A stretch of 61,339 nucleotides of DNA, counting the filler. It is 8 parts of 8 records of this genome, joined end to end, with 100 filler letters (N's around TTAATTAATTAA, not from the genome) between each part and the next. Parts side by side here need not be neighbours in the genome. Positions count along the whole stretch, not along the records: positions 32,702 to 37,527 come from SRR7504441_2523; positions 37,628 to 46,297 come from SRR7504441_2524; 6 more parts are not named here. One strand, 5' to 3'. Position numbers and translations under genes: made by a program. The notes under the pieces were generated by a model. It was not told where the DNA came from. It worked only from the letters and a program-made list of their open reading frames with translations, and ran no database searches. Below are positions 34,681-43,696 of this stretch, piece after piece. The stretch's first letter is position 1. The number at the start of each line of letters is the position of its first letter.

Positions 34681-36446
34681 TTACGGCAAGTACGGAGCCC
34701 AATATCCGCCAGCAGCTCTTGCAGCCTCACAAGGTCTCTGGCCAGGGTCCCCTCTATCCGGATTATACACCGAAGCATTTTGTCGAACAAGATGGGCTTG
34801 CATCTGCTGCAGTGTAGCAGCGTGCGCAGGGTCACTCGCCAGGTCTCGAGTCTCCGCAGGATCAGCCACAACGTCAAACAAGCACCCTGTTGCACCGCAG
34901 TCGACGTTTGGCTTGAGCGTCGGGCAAGCTCCAAACGGGTGCGTTAGGTTGGGCGAAGTGGGGCCACTCCACGAGCCGCAGCGCGAGGTACCAGTGATGA
35001 GCTTGTAGTTGTCCATCATGAGCACGCTCGAAGGCTGTGGGTTGATCACAGGATCAGCTGCATACGACGACATCAAGATCGGCTCACCAGCCCATGGCGA
35101 CGCAATGGTGTGTCCATGCTCGCCCAAAATGATCTGACTCAGATCCTTGCCGTCTACAGGCGGCAGCCCGGCTGTCTCGGCAGCAGGGTCGACGGCAGCT
35201 GACTCGATCTGCGCCATGGAACCTAATGTGACATACCAGTCTGCAAACATGGTGATACCCTCGTACGTGGAGTTCCTGCGTTGCGATGGCAGAATCCCTC
35301 CTGAGACCACGGCAGGCACCCTGATACCGCCTTCAAAGTTGCTAGTCTTGCCGCCCCTCAGCGGCCAGTTATTCCCACCACCGCCCAAGTACTCAGGACC
35401 GCCATTGTCACTGAGCCAGACAAGCACGCTATTCTCGTACATTCCCCTGCGCTTGACTGCCTCAACAATCTGACCAACACTCCAATCCACTGCGGTTATC
35501 ATGCCTTGATAAGTGAGCCACTCTTTAGCCTTCCCAAAGGTTTTGTAGTATGGCTTGACAAACTGCTCCTCCGGTACTTGAAGAGGAGCGTGATTGTTGT
35601 CATAAGCCAGGAAGAGAAATATCGGTTGTGCAGGGTCGTGCTGATTAATAATCTCGATGGCTCGCTGGTGGAACAGAAACATTGAATAGTTCGTGCCGTT
35701 TAGATGGGCTGCAGGTCCGTTGTCCAGCCTACAACCCGGCGCATATCACAGCACTGTACGGCACTGTGGTGGCCTACCACAGATCTGCAAACGGCGCTCC
35801 GTCACACTTGACGTTGCCAGCAACCCGCTGTGTGTAGTGGTCTTCGGCCCCGTGTAAGTAGCCTAGAGAGCTGTTGAACCCGCGCCGGACCGGCAGGTTT
35901 TTGCTGCGCGAGCCCATGCCACAGTGCCATTTGCCTGCACCAAACAGTCTCGCGGCGCGCAGAGGGTGGTGAGCCACCTATGTGGTGGCTCTTATAATTG
36001 GCCAGGGCGAGCTTTTGGGGAAGGATGGTCATGCCAGGAGGGATCCCCGCGAGTGGCGCCTCGCTGACCTTGTTACGCTCGTTCACGTGCACAGGCAGCC
36101 GGCCAGAGAGCAGCGAACTGCGCGACGGCGAGCTGTGTAACAAATGGTGGATGCCAGACGCGCTTGGTGGGCTGCGCACCAGAATTTGTAGGCGTAGTGG
36201 CGCGAGAAGAAGATGCCATCCGCCCGGAGCTGGTCCAGGTGCGGGGTGTGCACTGCACTGTTACGGAAGCCGACGTTGTTATAACCCAGGTCCTGCCCGG
36301 GCCAGCCAATCAGCAGCGAAGGGGGCGGGGCGCACGTCTGAAAGCAGGATGAATATGTGAGGAGCTGCAGCCGTCTTGGGCTTCATAGGTGCCGCCTGCG
36401 AAACCACGAGAAGGCAGAAGAACGTGGCTGCCACGCTGCCGGCCAT
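34681..36446 (-). CDS. secreted or lysosomal arylsulfatase (ARSB-like, formylglycine-dependent)
   Basis: Signal peptide MAGSVAATFFCLLVVSQA. Spliced FCSPSRSSLLSGR (an intron splits the Cys codon), GKWHCG, HAPLQVP, SDNGG, NWPLRGGK and FEGGIRVP. Confidence 0.92.
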
Positions 36447-36574
36447 TGTCAGCGCGAGTTCTTACTCGACTAACGGCACCGCACTAACGGCCAACTGGGC
36501 GGTGGGAGGCCCGCTTAACGTGCGACTCCGAGGAGTGGCACGCTCGACCGCACCAAAGGAGGCCAGTAGCGAAA

Positions 36575-37527
36575 ATGCAGGCGATCGGCATGCGTACAGA
36601 GACAGGAAGCGCCGAGCTCCTGGAGGAAATCGAGGTGCCGATCCCCGTGGTGGGCCCTCGCGACGTGCTGATTCGCGTGGTGAGCTGCGCGATGAACCCT
36701 GTGGACACCAAGTTTCGGAATGGAAGAGGTAATCCTGGGCCTTTAAGTGGCGTCACAGCTCCCAACGGTGCCTCCTGGGACCCGATGATTCTTGGGTACG
36801 ATTGTGCTGGCACGGTGGAGGCGGTCGGCGAGGGCGTCTCACTCTTCAAGACTGGGGATTGCGTCTACACTGCGGGGGTATTACCATTGGCCTTCATCTC
36901 TCTAACTTTTCTTTTTGGCAGTGTATATCCGCAGGAGCGAACGCCGAGTTCGTGGCCGTGGATGAACGGATAGTCGGCAAAGCACCTGAGTCCGTCAGCG
37001 CAACAGCGGCTTCCTCTGTGCCACTTACGATGCTGACAGCGTGGGAGGGTCTTGAGCAACTCGGCGTTGACATGAAATCAAAGGCCCAACAGGGAAAGAG
37101 ACTGCTCATCTTACCCGGTGCTGGAGGGGTTGGCAGTGTAGTCACCCAGCTTGCTTCAAAGGTTGCTGGTCTCGAAGTCATCGCCACAGGATCTAGGCCA
37201 GAAAGCCAAGCGGTGGCAACAGAGCTCGGTGCAGCTCACGTAATCACTCACAGAGAGCCACTCAAGCCCCAGCTGACAGCAGCGGGAATAGACGGAGTCG
37301 ACTACATCTACGACGCTTACAGGCTCACCCTAACCCTAATCGAAACCCTAACCGTAACCCTAACTCTGGCCCTAATGCAGCATGGAGGCATACATGGAAC
37401 AGTATGCGGACGTGATCAAGCCTTATGGAAAGATCGTGTCCATCACCAACGCCAACTGTAACTTTGGATTGTTGAAGTCAAAGTGTGTATCTTTTTCATG
37501 GGAGTTTATGTTTGCCCGCTCGCTGCA
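36575..37527 (+). CDS. MDR-family (zinc-binding alcohol dehydrogenase-like / quinone oxidoreductase-like) protein, 3'-truncated
   Basis: NPVDTKFR, ILGYDCAGTVEAVG, VDERIVG, PLTMLTAWE, GAGGVGS, IATGSRPES and SWEFMFARS. Introns 36878-36921 and 37323-37380. Confidence 0.88.
37323..37380 (+). repeat. degenerate (CCCTAA)n telomere-like repeat forming a 58-nt GC-AG intron
   Basis: Sequence gctcaccctaaccctaatcgaaaccctaaccgtaaccctaactctggccctaatgcag. Its removal restores the frame (DAYS-MEAY). Confidence 0.8.
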
Positions 37528-37627
37528 NNNNNNNNNNNNNNNNNNNNNNNNNNNNNNNNNNNNNNNNNNNNTTAATTAATTAANNNNNNNNNNNNNNNNN
37601 NNNNNNNNNNNNNNNNNNNNNNNNNNN
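37528..37627. other. artificial contig linker
   Basis: N-run + TTAATTAATTAA + N-run. Confidence 0.98.
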
Positions 37628-38205
37628 GCGGTACACGGGTCGGCGGTTTTTTCAGGGGACGAGCCCGTCCCACCGTGGAGAAGGCAAAGGCAAAGCAACA
37701 AACGAAGTCACCGCAACAAACGAAGTCACCGCAACAATCGTCTGTGTCAACAGCCCAGAAAGTTTTCTGGGACGAAGTCGCCCAACCGGGAGACTCGTTT
37801 GAAATCCCCCCACCGGCCGCCCCGGCTGAGCCTTCCGCGCCCGTCGAGCTTTCTGGGCCGGAGCTGTACAAGCAATATGCGCAGCAGGCCCAGGCCGGCG
37901 GCCGGGCAGCCGTCGGCCCTAACCGGGAGCTTGAGCCCCGTGCATCTGGAAACTCGGTCACCCTGGTGTCACCAGAGGCGAAGACTGAGGTTGTACTGAG
38001 TTCCATGTCACCACAGGACAGGGCAGCAGCCTTAGCAGACATGTCCCCTGAAGAAAAACGGAAGGCAAGACAAGCAGAAAAAGACGCGATCCTAGCAGAA
38101 GAGAGCAACAATGCAAGTGTAGACCCTGCCTTTGCTAAAATAGACACCAACAAAGATGGACTAATCTCCCGCGAGGAATTCCACGTGGCATTTACAGATG
38201 TTTGA
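37628..38205 (+). CDS. C-terminal fragment of an EF-hand protein
   Basis: Open frame ending AFAKIDTNKDGLISREEF. 18-nt tandem repeat (QQTKSP x2) near 37694-37737. Confidence 0.65.
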
Positions 38206-38527
38206 AGTTCAAGGATTAGATCATGACTTTGTTAGATGAAGAAAGTGCATTGAACCTTTGCACAGGGTAGCTCTAGAGACCGGGTCCACGTAGGGTCCAT
38301 GTGTGATTGGCGAGCGTGCATAACTTAGTTATAAATAAGTTATAAATAAGATAAATGATTGTGAGATCAATTGCAAGGCCGATTAGCCGGTTAGATGCTA
38401 GTCAGATGCCGGTTTGATGCTGGTATGAAGCGCCTCTGATTACGTACGAGTGTACTTGTGAGACACAACTCGTTTATTACTCGTTTACATGATTGTATAC
38501 TTCAAAATAATCATGAAAACAGTTCAA

Positions 38528-41053
38528 TTACATCATGCTCACGTAATCATCCGCATCTGCATACTTGGGGAGCTTAGGTTTCTTCTTTGGTTTTTCCTCC
38601 TCTTGGGCCTCCTCATCAGCTGCAGCGTCGTCAAAGTCTAGTGTCTCGCCACCCTCATAATCAAAGTCGTCCTCATCAGGCTCAAACCCCTCTTCATAAG
38701 CGTCGTCAGCAAAGTCAGGCATCTCATCATCCTCACCATCCTCCTCGCCGTCCCCCAACGACCGAAGGAATGCCTCAGCCTCCTCGTCGGCGATGTGGTC
38801 CATATCCTCGTCCTCAGTCGTATCTTTCTTCATCGGCTTCGGCTTGCGCTTGTGCCGTTCAGTAAAGTACTTATAAAAGAACACTTCGTTAGGAGCCACG
38901 TCCTTGGAGCTCTGGGCCAGAAAGCCTGCCGAGTTGACGGTAGCCAGCTGCTTATTCGGCCTCATGTTGCTCCGCAGTCCGCTGCTCTTCTCCCGGGCGA
39001 CTGCCCGTGGATTCTTGTACACGAACCGGTCCAGGAACGCCACCAGTGAGAAGTGCACCAGCGGGTCGCCATCGAACTCGATCGACTCACCTTGAGTGAT
39101 CGACTGGGCAAAGTGTGCCACTGACGGGTGGAAATGCGACCCTAGGCTCGCCAGCTCCCACAGCGTGCTCGCACTGGCGCCGCAGTGCTGTGGGTCGCGC
39201 TTGATGGGGTCGTAGTCGCTATCACCCGATGGCCCGAGTATCGAGCTAAGCCCCGGGTGCAGTTTCATTAGCTCCGACACCAAATAGAGAGAGCCACAGA
39301 TAAAGGTCGGGGCGGCAAACGCACAGGCCTGGAGGAGCCGCTTGGTAAAGGCCTTTATCCGATCCAGGTTCGTGTCCAATTTGAGCGCTTTGAATAGCAG
39401 GTTGAGGAAGAGCGGCTGTTTGGACGATTTGTGCAGCCGAGATGACTGAAGCAGAGCATAGAGCGCTCTGAAGAACCTGTCGGAGAGCACGCCCTGTGAA
39501 GCCATCACCTGGAGTAGCAGCATCAGCGCCTGTATGGCCACCGCAAAGCTTGAGATGTGGATCATCTTGAACAAGGCCTCGGCGTGCTGCTCAAAGACTT
39601 CAAACTGCATCTTGGCATACGGATACGCCCGGTTCACACCAGTGAGCAGCGCACCCAGGATCCTGGCGTCCGCGTCGGTGCGCGAGACCAGCCGGCCGAA
39701 CGTCTCAAAGTAGATGGCAATCAGCCGCTGGGCAAACGCTTCCTGCCCGCGCTGCAGCATGATCTGGTTGAGGAAGAGCACAGCATAGTACTGTGCCCGT
39801 GCACTCAGATGAGGCCGGTGCAGCATATCCTCAATCTCGCGGGTGACCACCCCCTTCATGTTGGGGTGGATATCCACCAGCTTCTGGAGCAGCTGCAGCG
39901 TCCGCGAAGCCAGCTTCTTGGAGCTGTCCCCGAGCTTGTTGCAAAGAGTCCTCAGCAGTTGCCGCTCGTTCTCTGGTTTCTCTGCGAGCATAATCTGCAC
40001 CAGACGAGTGCAGCTCGACCGGAAGTGCTCCACTGTGTTGTGCGTGCCCCTGTCTAGCGCCATGGTCAGCTCGGCATAGCACCCCTTGACTATTTCCTCC
40101 AGCAGTGCCTGGAGCAGCACTTGGTCGTCAAGTGGGCCTGAAAGCCCGCCCGTCACTGCAGGGTTCTCCCACATGAAACGCAGCGGGCGCGCCGGCAGCA
40201 GCTGGCTCGAGTAGAGGTCCTTGAGCGCCTCCATCGCCAGCATGGCCTCACGCTGGTTCTTCTTGACGGCCATTGCGGTGAGCTGGCGCAGGCTGTCTGT
40301 CTGGGCAAGAAAGTTCTCCTCCACTAGCAGCGTCAGCCCGGCAACTTTATCCGAGAGTGTGCCGGTTCGGACCACCGAGCGCAGGTAGCGCTGATCCTGG
40401 CTGCCCTTGCTGCCAATCAACCGCTGGTACTCTGCTGAGATGCCCCCGAGCAGCTTGGTGGCGCGCTCTCGCAGCTTGTCCACTGCCGCCCTGTCCACCG
40501 CCTCCGGCTTGGCCTTCTTGCCCTTGCTGATCGGCACCGGCTCCTCCTGCTTCCACCACTCGACCCCCAGTGGGTAGTGGCCCCTGAACAGCGAGTTGGC
40601 AATCTCGGCCCCCCGCTTGCCCAGCGCCCCGCTGCTAGGGCCCGGCAGCTCCGTCTCCCCCCCGCCGTGCTGCTCTTGGGCCAGGAACTCCTTCACCGCC
40701 GCCTGGGCCTCCTTCCGCTCCTGTGCCTTGGCGGTCTGGCGCTCCGAGCTGGCCGGCGGCTTGGCGAGGCCCAGGTCTGCCACCTTGGCGGCCACCGCCC
40801 GCTGCAGCTCGGCCAGGTCGCTCGGACCGCCATCGAGCTCGAGCGCATCGCCATCGTCGTCGTCCTCCACGTCCTGCAGCAGTTCCAGATCCTCGGCGCT
40901 CCCGCCCGCCCAAGCCACATCCTCCAGCCTCAGCCGGCCCTCCGCCTCCACCGGCTGTGCTGAAGCCTTGGGCGACCCCTCCACCGCCGGCTCGCGCTCG
41001 GCCGATGGTCGATTCTTCTTCCTCTTCTTCCCACCGCTGTCCGGCTTCACCAT
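38528..41053 (-). CDS. CEBPZ: CCAAT/enhancer-binding protein zeta / Mak21 / Noc1 (60S ribosome biogenesis), intronless
   Basis: GTLSDKVAGLTL, KPENERQLL...NKLGD, HPNMK.VV, ALLTGVNRAYPY, SDRFFRALY, YDPIKRDP, HFHPSV, FLDRFVYKNP and acidic tail. Likely start MVKPDSGGKKRKK at 41053. Confidence 0.93.
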   Translation of the reverse strand: MVKPDSGGKKRKKNRPSAEREPAVEGSPKASAQPVEAEGRLRLEDVAWAGGSAEDLELLQDVEDDDDGDALELDGGPSDLAELQRAVAAKVADLGLAKPPASSERQTAKAQERKEAQAAVKEFLAQEQHGGGETELPGPSSGALGKRGAEIANSLFRGHYPLGVEWWKQEEPVPISKGKKAKPEAVDRAAVDKLRERATKLLGGISAEYQRLIGSKGSQDQRYLRSVVRTGTLSDKVAGLTLLVEENFLAQTDSLRQLTAMAVKKNQREAMLAMEALKDLYSSQLLPARPLRFMWENPAVTGGLSGPLDDQVLLQALLEEIVKGCYAELTMALDRGTHNTVEHFRSSCTRLVQIMLAEKPENERQLLRTLCNKLGDSSKKLASRTLQLLQKLVDIHPNMKGVVTREIEDMLHRPHLSARAQYYAVLFLNQIMLQRGQEAFAQRLIAIYFETFGRLVSRTDADARILGALLTGVNRAYPYAKMQFEVFEQHAEALFKMIHISSFAVAIQALMLLLQVMASQGVLSDRFFRALYALLQSSRLHKSSKQPLFLNLLFKALKLDTNLDRIKAFTKRLLQACAFAAPTFICGSLYLVSELMKLHPGLSSILGPSGDSDYDPIKRDPQHCGASASTLWELASLGSHFHPSVAHFAQSITQGESIEFDGDPLVHFSLVAFLDRFVYKNPRAVAREKSSGLRSNMRPNKQLATVNSAGFLAQSSKDVAPNEVFFYKYFTERHKRKPKPMKKDTTEDEDMDHIADEEAEAFLRSLGDGEEDGEDDEMPDFADDAYEEGFEPDEDDFDYEGGETLDFDDAAADEEAQEEEKPKKKPKLPKYADADDYVSMM

Positions 41054-41139
41054 TCTCCCCCGCGCGCCTCGGTCTGTCCTCTCGGCACGAGCCTTCCCGC
41101 GCGTTGCTGAAGCTCGATCAAAAGCCGTTGTCAGAAACC

Positions 41140-41755
41140 ATGCTGGCGAGGGCAGGCTCGAGGGCTGGGCTGAGGCAGATGCGCCGCGGATTGAGCGCCG
41201 CGCCGGCCGCTTCGGACCGCTGGTGCCTGGATAGCTGGCGGGCTGGGCCGACGGTCGGCGCAGGGTCAACATCACGTTCATCAACCAGTCGAACGGCGAG
41301 CGGCACCCGGTGGTCGGGCTCGAGGTGCCCCCAGGCCAGGCCGGGCCCGAGCACCCCGGGGCAGGGACAGACCTTGCTGGCGGTGGCAAAGACCAATAAC
41401 ATTGGGCTCCGAGGTGCCCGGCCGGCCCGGGCCGCGGGGCGAGTGGCCGGCAGGTGGGACGGTCCGGGCAAGCCACGTGTCCATCGCCAAGGAGTTCGAG
41501 GAGGTGCCCCGCCGGCTCGGGCGGGGCCTGAGCCGAGTGGGCAAGGTGATCCCGCTCACCGATGACGTGCAAGAGGCGCTGGAGGACGCCGTCAGCCCGC
41601 ACGACATCACGGCGGGCTCGCGCCTGGCCGATCAGATTGTGCTCTCCAAGGCGATGGACGGGATGAAAGTAGCGGTGCGGGCCGGCCGGTGATGTCGAGG
41701 GGGAGCCGTGCGGGCGCAGGTGCCTCTGCCCGAGGGACCCCCCAGCTTTCCTTGA
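41140..41755 (+). CDS. mitochondrial adrenodoxin-fold protein without cysteines, probable complex I bridge ferredoxin (C1-FDX/NDUFX-like); 5 introns
   Basis: Spliced product MLARAGSRAGLRQMRRGLSAAPAASDRWVNITFINQSNGERHPVVGLEGQTLLAVAKTNNIGLRGGTVRASHVSIAKEFEEVIPLTDDVQEALEDAVSPHDITAGSRLADQIVLSKAMDGMKVAVPLPEGPPSFP. Confidence 0.78.
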
Positions 41756-42180
41756 ATGGCGTTTCGTTGGCATTAAGGTCGGCCCTAAGTCGGCCTACCT
41801 TCCGTGTAGTGTGTTAGCCGAGGCTCCTACTGAGCCTATTGTTGGTTCGGAGCAGAGTTAAACCGCTCCTCATAAGCCTCAAATTACTGTATATTGATTT
41901 TTATTCCCGTGTATGATTAATTAAAGTTCATCCTGCCCAACTACATTAATGCGAAATGGACCTTTTGTTGACCCATGCGTTGTCCAAGTCAACTTTATAC
42001 CCATCGATATCATCGACTGACTCATTGTTGTACAACAAATATTCATCAAGCTCAACTAGACAAACTTCTTCTTTGCCTTCAAAGTGATGTGGTGCCTTCC
42101 TATGCAATATGCAGGACGTGCACCAAAAGGCAAGGCCAAACATAGCTGGTGTCGCGACAACAAAGTATTTTCCATGTAGG

Positions 42181-43234
42181 TCACACGAGAAGAAGAACCA
42201 TATCTGAAACACCAGCCCTGTCATACCGCAGGTCATGATCAGAATGACAGCCGCATCGCCAATTCACCTGCCGTGGCTCCAGCAACCATGTACCGGGTGC
42301 TTGGCCTCGCAGGGCAGTGAGCTGTCCAAGTGTTGAAGGCATTGTTCCTGACAACCTGGAAAATGATACATCGAGCCCTTGAAGTCTGGTTAATTTGCCC
42401 ACTCCTGAGTCCAGTGTCCCACTCAACAAGGTGTTGTGAGCGAACAAGTGTTCCAGTGTCGTGACATCACCGAGAATAGCAGGCAACTCGCCGGATATTT
42501 TTGTGTTACATAGGCTTACATGTCCCAAGTTACTAAGGCTGCACCAAGTGGAAGAAATTGTCCCGCTTAGGGACGTCACGGACAAATCCAGGTACCGCAA
42601 GGATGTCAGGCTGGTGATCTCCTTGGGCAGCATCCCACTGAACGAATTGTTGAATAAATACAGGCGCCTGAGTTTGGACATTCCTGAAAGCGTCACAGCT
42701 CCGTTCATGGTACCGCTCAATCGGTTGTCATGCAAAAATAAATCTTCAAGCTCTGCTAGTGATACCATCTCAACGGGCAGAGTCCCGCTTAGAGCTCCAT
42801 TGCCCCACATTCCCAGCATTTTGAGTCTGGAGAGCCTACCCAGTGTCGAGGGAATTGACCCGCGCAGTCTACATTGGAAAATGTAAAGATCCTGGAGATC
42901 AGAGAGGCTTGAGATTGGCAGGTACCTGCGAGCCGAGGGTACCGACCAGCTTATTCTGATATAGATCAAGCTCGACCACGCCGTGGATCCTGTATCGGCC
43001 GGTGTGATTGTATCCGGTGATTCCACAACACACCCCGTACCAGCCGCAGTGGCTCACAGTCGGAGCCAACCATCCAGTATTGTTGGCCCAGCCCGCCCCG
43101 CCGGTTGTCCTGTACAGCTCTATCAGCTGCTCACGATCAGCCTCATCGTTGTGCTCGCCGTCTGTACAGTCAACACCAGTGCATCGATGGCAGCACAGCA
43201 GCAGCAGCGCCAACGCTGCTACACCGCGATCCAT
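42181..43234 (-). CDS. secreted or receptor-like leucine-rich-repeat protein (plant-type LRR consensus); possibly degenerate
   Basis: Signal peptide MDRGVAALALLLLCC, LRR cap HCGWYGVCC and about 10 LxxLxLxxNxLSGxLP repeats. Frame discontinuity near 42920 and unclear 3' end. Confidence 0.72.
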
Positions 43235-43696
43235 GTCCCGAGTCACTCCGTTTCTCGAGAAACCGAGCAGATTTCTCGGCTGATCTCGAGGCGCCCACGG
43301 GTAGACTGACGGGGTGCTCAGCTGGCGGGCTGCAGCCGTTGGCGGCCGTTGCCGTGGCGGCCACTACCGTTGGCACCTCGGCCCTTGTGGACTGCCCCAG
43401 AACCGGTCTGACCCACAATGTGGCCACCAGTTTGAAGTGGTTATAGCTCACATAACACACATAACCTATATGTATGCTCTTGTACACTCTGTCATAATTA
43501 TTCTGCGCTTTTATAATTATAAGAGTCATTGCTAAGTCATTGCCCGGCAGCACCGCGATGCTCCAAACCAATACAAAACCAAGAGTACAGTGTCACTCGA
43601 ATGTACGTTTATTAAATCTTTATTTGACACCATCAGTGCAAATTTGATATTGTATTCCGTGTTCAGAATGCACCTCTAAGCGCCATCTGCAATGCC

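Noticed and set aside
31537-37527. DMSP catabolic cluster (cupin lyase + AcuI-like MDR + sulfatase)
   Set aside because: The cupin and the MDR/sulfatase are on different contigs separated by a linker, and the MDR looks adh_fam_1-like rather than AcuI/YhdH-like.
38320-38430. Short tandem repeats (agttataaata x2 and gatgc-type units)
   Set aside because: They are too short and degenerate, have no spacers or terminal repeats, and look like ordinary intergenic slippage.
41054-41773. 240-aa N-terminal extension of the CEBPZ ORF overlapping another gene
   Set aside because: It is a stop-poor antisense shadow of the GC-rich ferredoxin gene. The plausible CEBPZ start is 41053.
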